Assembly: GCA_021108075.1 (NCBI GenBank)
Contig: JAIORP010000178.1
Coordinates: forward strand, 31,811 to 95,810
Direction: 5' to 3'
Origin: Candidatus Omnitrophota bacterium
GTDB lineage: Bacteria; Omnitrophota; Gorgyraeia; Zapsychrales; Zapsychraceae
DNA length: 64,000 nucleotides
Below the pieces are notes generated by a model that saw nothing but the letters and a program-made list of their open reading frames with translations, had not been told where the DNA came from and made no database searches. The translations under genes and the position numbers were made by a program. This document shows positions 48,390 through 57,918 of the stretch, piece by piece (position 1 is the first letter of the stretch; each line of letters starts with the position of its first letter).

Positions 48390-48910
48390 CAATCATATGG
48401 TTGATTGTCAGGTCAAAATCAAAAATAAAGTCGATACGGCCAAAGCTAACGGTTTAGATCAACTCAGTCAAGGACAACAAAATTATTGACACAAGCAATA
48501 TCGGGAAATTATTACTGAAGGTCATCAGGCCAATCCGTGGAGGATCCTCCTGACACACAGCGTAAGCGCGGTCGTCCGTAAAAAGGAAAAACACGATGTT
48601 TGCTTGAGCGTTTGGATGGTCATTGGCGCAAGGTATTACGCTTCATGTATGATTTTCGTATTCCTTTTGACAACAACTTATCCGAGCGGGATGTACGCAT
48701 GATGAAAGTCCGTCAGAAAATTTCAGGAACATTCCATCCGCCGGATATGGCCTCAATCTTCCGCGAGATGCGCCGTTTTATCTCAACGGTTCGTAAGCAG
48801 TGAATCCCTCTTCTGCATGCCATCGACCTGATCTTCACGGGCCAACCGTTAAAGCTGTTCGTTCACCAAATTATCGGTGAGCGCCTGTCGAGCTTTTGGG
48901 CCGGGTGAGA
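48390..48910 (+). pseudogene. IS66-family transposase (TnpC) C-terminal remnant, frameshifted
   Basis: Pieces in different frames: QYREIITEGHQANP, PPDTQRKRGRPKKGK, LERLDGHWRKVLRFMYDFRIPFDNNLSERDVRMMKVRQKISGTFH, then ...LHAIDLIFTGQP. Together they match the conserved C-terminus of IS66 transposases. There is no intact ORF or N-terminal part. Confidence 0.55.
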
Positions 48911-49111
48911 CCGGAATAGTTACATATAAAGAAAGTCTTCCCGATCATGCATCCTGAAACCACCTTTGCCAGAAAGTGTGTCGACTTGTATTCAGATAGC
49001 TGCAAAAAATAGTTGAAGGGAATGATCGGGACGAAGAAGGCTGTTTTTTAGATTAACGTTTATTTTATATTTATTACAGGAGTTTATTTGTGCTGGCGAA
49101 TCATCGTGTTT

Positions 49112-49190
49112 ATACCAAATCCATTAATAAATTGCTCTATCTTAATTCTGAAAAGCAGAATTTGTTTTGGTCATTATTTAATCGAAAGAA
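49112..49190 (+). repeat. Promoter/operator repeat element, internally deleted/interrupted copy in the IS-remnant region
   Basis: ATACCAAATCCATTAATAAATTGCTCTATCTTAATTCTGAAAAGCAGAATTTGTTTTGGTCATTATTTAAT. The dyad segment is missing. The 3' end, TCATTGGAATTGGTATTATT, is displaced to 49381..49400. Confidence 0.65.
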
Positions 49191-49352
49191 TTCCCCTGAG
49201 CTTGCTCCGGGGTTGCCGCCTGAAGGAAGAGTTCGAGAAAACATGGGTTTCTCGAATACAGAATTCCATCGTAGCATGGATTCGACCGTCGCAAATTTTC
49301 TCGAGGGTAAACAAAGGGTTTACTCAAATCGAGCTATAGCCGTAATAGGATA

Positions 49353-49385
49353 CCCCGTAGCTTGCTGCGGGGTGCTGGGTTCATT
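49353..49385. repeat. GC-rich hairpin motif, copy 2 (a partial third copy lies at 49194..49220)
   Basis: CCCCGTAGCTTGCTGCGGGGTGCTGGGTTCATT; CCCCG/CGGGG forms a 5-bp stem around a 10-nt loop. Confidence 0.7.
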
Positions 49386-49749
49386 GGAATTGGTATTATT
49401 AGAAGATTTCAGGGGTAGCCCACATCCCGACAATTTTGCTTCTGGTTGGCTATGTGTTTTTCTGGATAGAACTTTTTTTCCTGGAGCATCCGACCGGACA
49501 TACGACCTGAATGGCTTGGGTCGTTCTTGCGCTAAGCATTATTATTATTTGTGTAAATAACGCAAAAGACATCAGGGATTTGGCCTATCAAAGCCGGTTC
49601 CTCCACAAAATATCCGCTCGACATTTGTTATCAAGCAGGCGGATTCCTCCCAATAATATTAATAAATATTTTATAAATAATTGTGTGCTGTTTGGTCGAT
49701 ATTCTTTATAATTAATAACGTACGACAATAAATAAGATAAGGATACAAT

Positions 49750-50454
49750 ATGAAACTAAGTGTCTTGATGCCGGTCTATAATGAATCCCGCTGGATTGAT
49801 GAAATCGTCAGGAAAGTTTTATCACAGACGGTCGAAGGGATCCGCGAGGTGGAGCTTATCATCGTTGATGACGGTTCAACAGATGACACTTCGGAGCATA
49901 TTAAACAATTAGCTGAAAAATATGGACAACAAATTTGTTTATATTTTCATGAAAAGAATAAAGGCAAGGGAGCGGCTCTGCAGACAGCTATTCAACACAT
50001 GAGCGGTGATATCTGTATTGTTCAAGACGCGGATTTAGAATATGATCCCCATGATTATCCTTTGCTCCTCGAACCGATTATCCAGGGGCGGGCGGACTGT
50101 GTCTACGGGTCACGTTTTATCGGGAAGCAATCCAAACGGGTTTTGTTTTTTTGGCATTATGTCGGGAACAGGGCGTTAACATTATTGAGCAACATGCTCA
50201 CGAACCTGAACCTGACAGATATGGAAACCTGTTATAAGGCTTTCCGTTCAACCGTCTTAAAATCCATTCCTTTGCGTTCGCGTCGGTTTGGTTTCGATCC
50301 CGAGGTGACCGCGAAGATCGCCAAGAAAAAGTGCCGGATTTTTGAGGTGGGGATTAGTTATAATGGCCGCACTTATGAAGACGGTAAGAAAATAACCTGG
50401 CTGGATGGAGTCCAAGCGATTCTTTTGATCATTAAATATAGAATTATTGATTAA
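49750..50454 (+). CDS. Family 2 glycosyltransferase, polyprenyl-phosphate sugar synthase type (DPM1/ArnC/GtrB-like)
   Basis: KLSVLMPVYNESRWI, IVDDGSTDDT, VQDADLEYDP; 234 aa. Confidence 0.75.
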   Translation: MKLSVLMPVYNESRWIDEIVRKVLSQTVEGIREVELIIVDDGSTDDTSEHIKQLAEKYGQQICLYFHEKNKGKGAALQTAIQHMSGDICIVQDADLEYDPHDYPLLLEPIIQGRADCVYGSRFIGKQSKRVLFFWHYVGNRALTLLSNMLTNLNLTDMETCYKAFRSTVLKSIPLRSRRFGFDPEVTAKIAKKKCRIFEVGISYNGRTYEDGKKITWLDGVQAILLIIKYRIID

Positions 50455-50530
50455 TTCAGTGACTTCTGATAATCTGCTGGTTCTGTGATAACACGTTTCA
50501 GGAGTGCCGTTAAATAAAAGATGATGCTAA

Positions 50531-51307
50531 ATGAGCGCGGATAACTTTTTTGATGTTTTAGGCGTTCGGGTTTCGGCAACGAACCTGGAGCTGACCAGCC
50601 GGCGGATTGAAGCTTGGATCCAATCAAAATCCCGGCAATATATTTGTGTTGCTCCTGTCGCTACGATCATTGATTGCCAGAGAGACAGTGAGTACTTAAA
50701 AGTTATTAATCAAGCGGGTCTTGTTACTCCTGATGGAATGCCGATTGTTTGGCTGGGGCAAAAGACCGTTGGGCCACGGGTTCAGCGGACGTATGGTCCT
50801 GATTTGATGATGGCATTTTGTGGGTTCAGTGCCGCAAAAGGCTACCGGCATTTTTTTTACGGCGGAAGTGAACAGACAAATCAGATTTTAATTAAGACGT
50901 TAAGCGAAACATTTCCAGGGATCACCATTGCGGGTTCTTACGCTCCTCCTCACATTCAATTGCATCAAAAAGAGCGGGGCGATATTGTTGAAAAGATCAA
51001 TGCCTCGCGTGCAGATGTTTTGTGGGTGGGGCTGGGTTCTCCCAAACAAGATTTCTGGATGGCCGAACACCGGGGACGTTTAAACGCGCCTGTGTTAATC
51101 GGTGTCGGTGCCGCATTTGATTTCCTCGCGGGGACCAAGAAGCAAGCGCCGAGATGGATGCAGCGTTCAGGACTGGAATGGTTGTTCCGTTTGTGTCAGG
51201 AACCCCGGAGGCTATGGAAAAGATATTTGATCGGAAATAGTTTGTTTATTTTCCTGTGTATTAAAGAGACTTTGTTCTTTTCGAAGAATAAACACAATAA
51301 AAATTAG
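50531..51307 (+). CDS. WecB/TagA/CpsF-family (GT26) glycosyltransferase
   Basis: FDVLGVRVSATNLE, TPDGMPIVW, WVGLGSPKQDFWMAE motifs; 258 aa. Confidence 0.75.
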   Translation: MSADNFFDVLGVRVSATNLELTSRRIEAWIQSKSRQYICVAPVATIIDCQRDSEYLKVINQAGLVTPDGMPIVWLGQKTVGPRVQRTYGPDLMMAFCGFSAAKGYRHFFYGGSEQTNQILIKTLSETFPGITIAGSYAPPHIQLHQKERGDIVEKINASRADVLWVGLGSPKQDFWMAEHRGRLNAPVLIGVGAAFDFLAGTKKQAPRWMQRSGLEWLFRLCQEPRRLWKRYLIGNSLFIFLCIKETLFFSKNKHNKN

Positions 51308-51317
51308 AGAGGGATAA

Positions 51318-52751
51318 ATGCCGTTTGCGTCACGTATAAAGTATTCAACGATCCGTCTGGCCTATATCCTGATCGATTTGTTCTGTATTCATTTTGGCAT
51401 CCTGATCGCCAGCAAAATCCGCTACACAACCTTGCCGTTTGAGGTCACCCTGCAAAGCATTTTGTTTGATCCGCGGAATCCTTTTCAGATAATATTCGCT
51501 TTATGGATGGTCACAACGGTCCTGATGCTCAATGTGAAGGATCTATACCAGACTCACCGGGAGATGTTTGAAGCCTATGAAACCGCTCTGGTTGTTAAAT
51601 CGACGATTTATTCGTCCATGATCGTTATCATCGCCCTTTATGTGCTTAAAGTGGAAGGTTTTCCCCGTACGGTTCTGATGATCGGCACATTGTTCAATCT
51701 CATTTCGTTATCGTTGTGGCGTTTTTTAAAACGGATTTTTGTGCATTATTTGGTCGTGCATGGATACAATAATTTTAATGCGCTGATTGTCGGTACTGGA
51801 AAAGTCGGCTGCGCCCTGGCTTTAGAAATTAAAAAGCATCCTCAGCTGGGTATTAAAATTGTGGGTTTTTTGACAGATATTCACAAAGTGGATGAAGAGG
51901 TTACGGATGATTTGAAGGTCCTCGGGAATATATCCGATTTAACAAGGATCGCACGTCAGGAATTCATTAATAAGGTTTTTATTACAGATTATCATGATAA
52001 CCGAACGTTTTTACATTTATTGCAGCGCTCGAAAGATTTGGGTTTGGCTATTCGGGTTATTCCGCACGGTTTTGAATTGATGCCCGGTGATTTTACGAAA
52101 TACAATATCGGTTTTATCCCTGTCCTGGAGTATTGCAACGCACAGCAATACCGTAAGCAGGCGGGCAAAAGGATTTTCGATTTCATTTTTTCCTCGGTCC
52201 TCTTTTTACTGTTTTTACCATTTCTTTTTGTTATTATGGTGCTTATCAAATGGGACAGCCCGGGCCCTGTTTTTTATTTGTCGAAACGGTATGGCCGTGG
52301 GGGGAAAATGTTTAGTATGATCAAATTTCGAAGTATGGTTCAGGAGGCGGAGCAGGTGTTAGGTCACATGAAGGATTTGAATGAAGTGGACGGCCCCATT
52401 TTTAAGATCAGAAAAGATCCTCGGGTGACAAGGGTTGGGCGCTTATTAAGAAAGTATAGTATCGATGAACTGCCGCAATTGATGAATGTGATAAAGGGTA
52501 ATATGAGTTTGGTCGGCCCACGGCCGCTTCCGATTGCGCAAGTTGAGAAGGAAGATTTTCAACAGTTGAGGCGGTTAGAAGTCCGGCCAGGCATTACGGG
52601 GTTGTGGCAAATTCGAGGACGCAGTAATATTTCATTTAAACGATTGGTCCGTTGGGATATCTGGTACATTAATAATTGGTCTTTTTGGTTGGATATCAAT
52701 ATTCTTTGGCAGACGATTCCCGTCGTATTGCGGGGAACAGGCGCGTATTAG
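51318..52751 (+). CDS. Initiating polyprenyl-phosphate glycosyl-1-phosphate transferase (WbaP/PglC-type 'bacterial sugar transferase')
   Basis: N-terminal TM helices plus Rossmann-like region; C-terminal KRIFDFIFS ... MFSMIKFRSM ... DELPQLMNVIKGNMSLVGPRP; 477 aa. Confidence 0.8.
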   Translation: MPFASRIKYSTIRLAYILIDLFCIHFGILIASKIRYTTLPFEVTLQSILFDPRNPFQIIFALWMVTTVLMLNVKDLYQTHREMFEAYETALVVKSTIYSSMIVIIALYVLKVEGFPRTVLMIGTLFNLISLSLWRFLKRIFVHYLVVHGYNNFNALIVGTGKVGCALALEIKKHPQLGIKIVGFLTDIHKVDEEVTDDLKVLGNISDLTRIARQEFINKVFITDYHDNRTFLHLLQRSKDLGLAIRVIPHGFELMPGDFTKYNIGFIPVLEYCNAQQYRKQAGKRIFDFIFSSVLFLLFLPFLFVIMVLIKWDSPGPVFYLSKRYGRGGKMFSMIKFRSMVQEAEQVLGHMKDLNEVDGPIFKIRKDPRVTRVGRLLRKYSIDELPQLMNVIKGNMSLVGPRPLPIAQVEKEDFQQLRRLEVRPGITGLWQIRGRSNISFKRLVRWDIWYINNWSFWLDINILWQTIPVVLRGTGAY

Positions 52752-52967
52752 ACCCGCACGCTTTTCTTCCGCGCGAGTGTTTCGGTTTCATGAGCGTGTT
52801 GACGTGAGGGACGGCAGAGGGTTCCGTGTTATTCCTATTAAAAAAATTAAAATATTCCCGGTGTATCTGTTGAGAAAACATTTGCGCTAAGCAGGGATGC
52901 CCGATAGAGACTGTAAATTTTATCAAATAAGATCTTGCCTGACAGCAGGGTTTAGAAGGGACCTTGA

Positions 52968-54317
52968 ATGGAAATAAAAGATAAATTTGTTTGCATATGC
53001 GATAGAGTTCTGGCATTTAGTTTTTATGTCATGGTGTTCTTTCTTTCAACGGCACCGGCGATCATTGAAAGCTTTTTTGCCGTGATGATGTTTGGTTACG
53101 TGTTTAAGAGGTCGCGTTTATCTTACCTTCAAGGCAGGCGGGACACAAAATCCGGCCAGATAAAAGTGGCTGAAAAATTGAAACGTTTTTTCACCGCGTA
53201 TAAACCGATAGACAATGCCTTAAATGTGCCGATCGCTATCTTTGTCTTGCTTTCGATTCTGTCGATCGTTTTTAATCCCTATTGGGGTTTGGGCTGGAAG
53301 GGTTTTTTTTGTAAATTGTGGGAAAGTTTATTTATTTATTTTATATTTATTGAGACGATGAGGACCCGGGACCGGCAGATGAAGTTTTTATTGGTGAGCC
53401 TTTTTTCTTTGTTTTTTACTTTGGTTAATGGGGTCTATCAGTACATCACCCGGGAAGGATTTATGCTGCATACCCCGATCACCGACGGCAGGGTGACATC
53501 AGCGTTTAGTCATTCAAACGACTTTGGGGCGTATTTGGTCACTTATATTCCATTGTTATTATGTTTATCACTGCGTTTACGTTTGAGTCCGGCAAAACAC
53601 AATCAACCGCATAGCGCTATCGAGCGGTTTATCGATGGCATGCCGTTTCGAGTTCTCTCCTTTTTTGTGTTTATTGTTGCGGTCATTATCCTTGGTCTGA
53701 CCTATTCGAGAAGCGCGTGGATCGCTTTTTTTGTCGCTTTTTTATTTATTGGAGCCAGCCGCCCTAAAATTTTATTGATTGTCTTTTTGATGATTGTCAT
53801 TTTTTTATCGGTCTTTATTCCCAGGATGTTAATAGAAAGACAATCCAATTTTGCCGGCCGACGGTTTATCGACGCGTTCACGTCTTCATCCCGATTGATT
53901 TATTGGGATGAAGCCATTAGGATCGTTCGGGATTATCCTCTTTTGGGTGTTGGACTCAACGCCTATTCAAAGGTTGGGCCTGCGTACAAGACAAATTTAC
54001 ACGGCAGTGGTGGCTACCCGCATAATTGTTATTTACAAACGGCTGCTGAAATCGGAATTTTAGGGTGTTTGGTCTTTCTATGGATGATGTGGCGGCTTAT
54101 AAAGAGCAGTATCCGTTTTATTCGTAACAGCAACCATTTGACCGATGCCAACCTTCAACTGGGTATTATCGCGGGATTAATTGGGCTGTGGGTGCATAGT
54201 TTTTTTGATACAAGTTTTTATAATATTAAACTGAATTCCTTGATGTGGCTGATGATGGGGTTTGCGATAGCGGTTCAAAAACTTCATACTGAGGCCCACA
54301 ATGTTGAATCTCAATGA
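52968..54317 (+). CDS. O-antigen ligase / polymerase family membrane protein (Wzy_C)
   Basis: Multi-TM; LTYSRSAWIAF motif typical of the Wzy_C domain; 449 aa. Confidence 0.6.
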   Translation: MEIKDKFVCICDRVLAFSFYVMVFFLSTAPAIIESFFAVMMFGYVFKRSRLSYLQGRRDTKSGQIKVAEKLKRFFTAYKPIDNALNVPIAIFVLLSILSIVFNPYWGLGWKGFFCKLWESLFIYFIFIETMRTRDRQMKFLLVSLFSLFFTLVNGVYQYITREGFMLHTPITDGRVTSAFSHSNDFGAYLVTYIPLLLCLSLRLRLSPAKHNQPHSAIERFIDGMPFRVLSFFVFIVAVIILGLTYSRSAWIAFFVAFLFIGASRPKILLIVFLMIVIFLSVFIPRMLIERQSNFAGRRFIDAFTSSSRLIYWDEAIRIVRDYPLLGVGLNAYSKVGPAYKTNLHGSGGYPHNCYLQTAAEIGILGCLVFLWMMWRLIKSSIRFIRNSNHLTDANLQLGIIAGLIGLWVHSFFDTSFYNIKLNSLMWLMMGFAIAVQKLHTEAHNVESQ

Positions 54318-54847
54318 AGAACGTTAAAAAATTGATCATTGGAAGTGCGGGAAAGAAACATCCCGATGCGATAACCCTCGACATCGATCCTGAACATCAT
54401 CCGGATGTGGTCCACAATATTGAGACCTCTCCGTGGCCTTTTGAGGATAATGCTTTTCAAAAGATTGTGGCGCATCATATCCTGGAACATGTGTCTCAAT
54501 TAAGTGTGGTCATGTCCGAAATGCATCGCGTTTGCGCGCAAGATGGAGAGATCCATATTGAGGTTCCGCACCACACTTCTTGGATGGCCTATGATCCAGC
54601 TCATTTGACTTATTTTAATTATTTTTCGTTGGATAGCTATTTGCATAATAAAGATACTTGGGTGCACGGCCGAAAGTTTGCCTGTCTGAATCAAGAGCTG
54701 ACTTTTCATCGTTTTTTCCGGTCTTGCGGATTGCAAAAAATATTTAACCGTTGGCCGTTAATGTATGAGCGCTTTTTTTGCTATCGTTGCCCTGCCGAAC
54801 ACATCAAGTTTGTCCTGCGACCACATCATACCAAATCCATTAATTAA
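54314..54847 (+). CDS. Small SAM-dependent methyltransferase-fold protein
   Basis: 177 aa; acidic SAM-pocket-like LDIDPEHHPDVVHNI ... HHILEHV; its stop codon lies inside the repeat element. Confidence 0.45.
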   Translation: MKNVKKLIIGSAGKKHPDAITLDIDPEHHPDVVHNIETSPWPFEDNAFQKIVAHHILEHVSQLSVVMSEMHRVCAQDGEIHIEVPHHTSWMAYDPAHLTYFNYFSLDSYLHNKDTWVHGRKFACLNQELTFHRFFRSCGLQKIFNRWPLMYERFFCYRCPAEHIKFVLRPHHTKSIN

Positions 54848-54933
54848 ATGTTCTATTTTAGTTTTTATATTCTCGCTAAAGCGTCGAGAAAAGCAGAATT
54901 GGTTTTGGTCATTATTTAATGGAATTGGTATCA
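54828..54933 (+). repeat. Promoter/operator repeat element, copy D (near-consensus), overlapping the stop codon of the 54314..54847 CDS
   Basis: ATACCAAATCCATTAATTAAATGTTCTATTTTAGTTTTTATATTCTCGCTAAAGCGTCGAGAAAAGCAGAATTGGTTTTGGTCATTATTTAATGGAATTGGTATCAG, with dyad TTCTCG (54870..54875) / CGAGAA (54885..54890). Confidence 0.8.
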
Positions 54934-55383
54934 GTCATCGGATAAGTCCTCTGCGGCGCATTCATTTTCGGGGCGAAACCCCGATGATTGACTCGGGAGC
55001 ATCGCCGGGCGGGGATGAACCATATGAGTTGACCGGAGATAAGAAATGAATTCGGGCCTGTTATTGCGCCCGGTTTTAGCGACGTGTATATGCACAAAAT
55101 TTAGATTGAATGAGCGAGATTTTGCTTATAGAGTGGACTTAAATTTGCTCATTCAGGTGATTCAATCTCGGCCGTATAAAACAAAATAAAGAACTGCGGC
55201 TCGGAATCCTTAAAAAGAATCCCTGCCTTGATGTATAAATATCTGAAATAAAAAGATTTGGCACTATTTATGATCATTTTTTTATGAATTGACAAAACGA
55301 AAAGGTTCGCTATAATAATTAAAATTTTCAATAAATTATATTATTTATAATAATTTATAATAAATTATAGAAAGGGTCGATGA

Positions 55384-56565
55384 ATGAATAAGTTAACTGT
55401 CAAAGATGTAGCCTTTAAGGGCAAGAAAGTCATCATGCGGGTTGATTTTAACGTGCCGTTGGATGAACATTTGAATATTACTGATGACCGTCGGGTCAAG
55501 GCATCCTTACCAACGATTAAATATATTCTGGAAAAAGAGCCGGCTAAGCTCATTTTAATGAGTCATCTGGGGCGTCCAAAAGGCGAAGTGATCAATAAGC
55601 TGCGGCTAAATCCTGTCGCAAAAAAATTACAGGAATTTTTGGGGGAAGATGTCCTGAAGCTCGATGATTGCGTTGGTGAATCTGTTGAACAGGCGATTGC
55701 CGACAGCACGGAACGTGTGATTGTTTTGGAAAATTTGCGCTTTCACAAAGCTGAGACGAAGAATGACCCTGACTTCGCTAAAAAATTAGCCTCTTTAGCG
55801 GATGTTTATGTTAACGATGCCTTTGGCACCGCTCACCGCGCGCATGCCTCAACGCATGGTGTCGCGGAGAATTTAACCTCTGTCGCTGGATTTTTATTGG
55901 AAAAAGAGATCACCTATTTGAGCAAGGCTGTTGACACGCCGGAGAAACCTTTTGTTGTGATTTTAGGCGGGGCAAAAGTATCGGATAAAATTTTATTGAT
56001 CGATAAACTCCTAAAAAAAGCCGACCGCATTCTTATCGGCGGGGGAATGGCCTATACGTTTTTAAAAGCTCAGGGTAAAAATACAGGAAATTCTATCCTG
56101 GAAGCGGATAAAGTTGACTTAGCAAAGGATTTACTGGATAAAGCTATAGCGGCCAATGTGCACATTGAGTTGAGCTCAGACTTTATTGCCGTGGAGGATT
56201 TCGGGAAACCGGAGACAAAGAAAATTGTTGATGATATTCCGGATGGTTGGGAAGCGTTAGATATCGGACCCAAGACCATCGCAAGATTTGAAGAATTGTT
56301 AGCCGATGCCAAGACCATTGTATGGAATGGTCCTGTCGGCGTCTTTGAACAGGATGCCTATGCCCAGGGAACGAAGGCGATAGCAAAATTCCTTGCCTCA
56401 TTGAAGGATGCCACAACGATTATCGGCGGGGGTGATTCAGCCGCGGCTGTAGCTAAATTCGGGTTTGAAGATGCGATGACCCATATCTCGACCGGCGGCG
56501 GCGCTTCTTTAGAATTATTGGAAGGAAAAGAATTACCCGGTTTAGCAGCCTTAACAGATAAATAG
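55384..56565 (+). CDS. pgk: Phosphoglycerate kinase
   Basis: [11 protein letters not shown]-terminus, GGGA/hinge motifs; 393 aa. Confidence 0.9.
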   Translation: MNKLTVKDVAFKGKKVIMRVDFNVPLDEHLNITDDRRVKASLPTIKYILEKEPAKLILMSHLGRPKGEVINKLRLNPVAKKLQEFLGEDVLKLDDCVGESVEQAIADSTERVIVLENLRFHKAETKNDPDFAKKLASLADVYVNDAFGTAHRAHASTHGVAENLTSVAGFLLEKEITYLSKAVDTPEKPFVVILGGAKVSDKILLIDKLLKKADRILIGGGMAYTFLKAQGKNTGNSILEADKVDLAKDLLDKAIAANVHIELSSDFIAVEDFGKPETKKIVDDIPDGWEALDIGPKTIARFEELLADAKTIVWNGPVGVFEQDAYAQGTKAIAKFLASLKDATTIIGGGDSAAAVAKFGFEDAMTHISTGGGASLELLEGKELPGLAALTDK

Positions 56566-56661
56566 TCTTTTCATTTGCCTGAAATTAAATCATGCGCGAA
56601 AAATTTAGATAAATTCATCAATATGAATGTTTCAAACAGCAGTTAGATCAAGGAGAGATAC

Positions 56662-57414
56662 ATGAGAAAGCCAATCATAGCCGGTAATTGGAAAATGAAT
56701 TTGACAACAAAAGATGCGGTTGAGTTGGTCACAGCGTTAAAAAGAGATTTGGCCGATGTTACCACTGTGGATATCATTGTTTGTCCGGTCTTTACTGTCC
56801 TGGATACGGTTAATGATGTTATTATGGATACGAATATTGGTCTGGGCGGTCAAAATTTATATTGGGAAAATTCTGGAGCCTTTACGGGTGAGATTTCAGC
56901 CTCGATGCTGAAAGATGTTGGCGCGGAATATGTGATCATCGGTCACTCAGAAAGACGTCAGTTTTTTGGTGAAACCAATGAAACCGTTAATAAAAAAATT
57001 AAGGCTGCTCAAGCGCAGGGCTTAACCGCGATCGTCTGTGTCGGGGAAGTTCTCGAAGAACGTGAATCAGGCAAGACGCAATCTGTTGTCCAAACGCAAT
57101 GTGAAGGCAGCTTCGCGGGTCTTAGCGCGGATGAAATGAAACAGCTGATCATTGCCTACGAACCGGTCTGGGCTATCGGAACAGGAAAGACGGCAACACC
57201 CCAACAAGCTCAAGAGGTTCATGCGTTTATCCGTGCCTGGTTAAAACAACAATTCAGTGACGACGTAGCCCAAACAGTACGGATTCAATATGGTGGCAGT
57301 GTGAAACCGGGGAATATTAAAGAACTGATGACTCAAGAAGATATTGACGGGGCATTAGTCGGGGGAGCCAGTCTAAAGAGTGCGTCGTTTGTGGATATTA
57401 TTAAAAATTGTTAA
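56662..57414 (+). CDS. tpiA: Triosephosphate isomerase
   Basis: IAGNWKMN, IIGHSERR, AYEPVWAIGTGKTAT catalytic motifs; 250 aa. Confidence 0.9.
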   Translation: MRKPIIAGNWKMNLTTKDAVELVTALKRDLADVTTVDIIVCPVFTVLDTVNDVIMDTNIGLGGQNLYWENSGAFTGEISASMLKDVGAEYVIIGHSERRQFFGETNETVNKKIKAAQAQGLTAIVCVGEVLEERESGKTQSVVQTQCEGSFAGLSADEMKQLIIAYEPVWAIGTGKTATPQQAQEVHAFIRAWLKQQFSDDVAQTVRIQYGGSVKPGNIKELMTQEDIDGALVGGASLKSASFVDIIKNC

Positions 57415-57455
57415 AGATATAAATTAGGAAAATAAATTGTGGCGGAGGAGCAATA

Positions 57456-57875
57456 ATGACAGGTTTTATCATTTTTCTTCATGTGTTAATTTCGATATTT
57501 TTGGTTGTGACTATTTTGATGCAATCAGGAAGAGGTGGGGGATTGACGGAATCGTTTAGTTCTGCAGAAAATGTTTTTGGTGCGAAAACAAATGTTATGA
57601 TGACCAGAATCACAACGGGTCTGGCCGTGCTTTTTCTCATAACAGCTTTATCATTAGCTTTTTTGTCGGCTCAAAAGAGTAAATCATTGATGGCAGGAAA
57701 AGTCGCTATCCCTCAAGGTGAGGAATTGCCAACGAGCAGTTTACCCTCGGAGGAGACCGTTGAGGGTAATGAGTCGGACATGACAGACAAAGTTAATGAC
57801 AGTGCATCAGAAAGTGCAAATGAAACAACATCACAAAATGTGCCGGAAACAGCAACAGTTCCAGCGACCGAGTAG
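57456..57875 (+). CDS. secG: Preprotein translocase subunit SecG with extended Ser/Thr/Glu-rich C-terminal tail
   Basis: LISIFLVVTILMQSGRGGGL N-terminus characteristic of SecG; conserved pgk-tpiA-secG order; 139 aa. Confidence 0.75.
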   Translation: MTGFIIFLHVLISIFLVVTILMQSGRGGGLTESFSSAENVFGAKTNVMMTRITTGLAVLFLITALSLAFLSAQKSKSLMAGKVAIPQGEELPTSSLPSEETVEGNESDMTDKVNDSASESANETTSQNVPETATVPATE

Positions 57876-57918
57876 AGAACATAATATTTCGGCCTTTATT
57901 AAATAAGAATAAAGTGTT

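Noticed and set aside
49090-49560. 156-aa + strand ORF (and the overlapping 83-aa ORF at 49088..49339)
   Set aside because: Its N-terminus (…NSEKQNLFWSLFN…) is simply the translation of the intergenic promoter/operator repeat. The same pseudo-peptide appears in ORFs 54765..55049 (+) and 46431..46682 (-) wherever the repeat occurs. The rest spans GC hairpin motifs. It is an artifact of repeats in an IS-scarred non-coding region.
54765-55049. 94-aa + strand ORF
   Set aside because: It overlaps the repeat element copy D and GC-rich hairpins, and its translation mirrors the repeat-derived peptide seen at 49090. It is not a gene.
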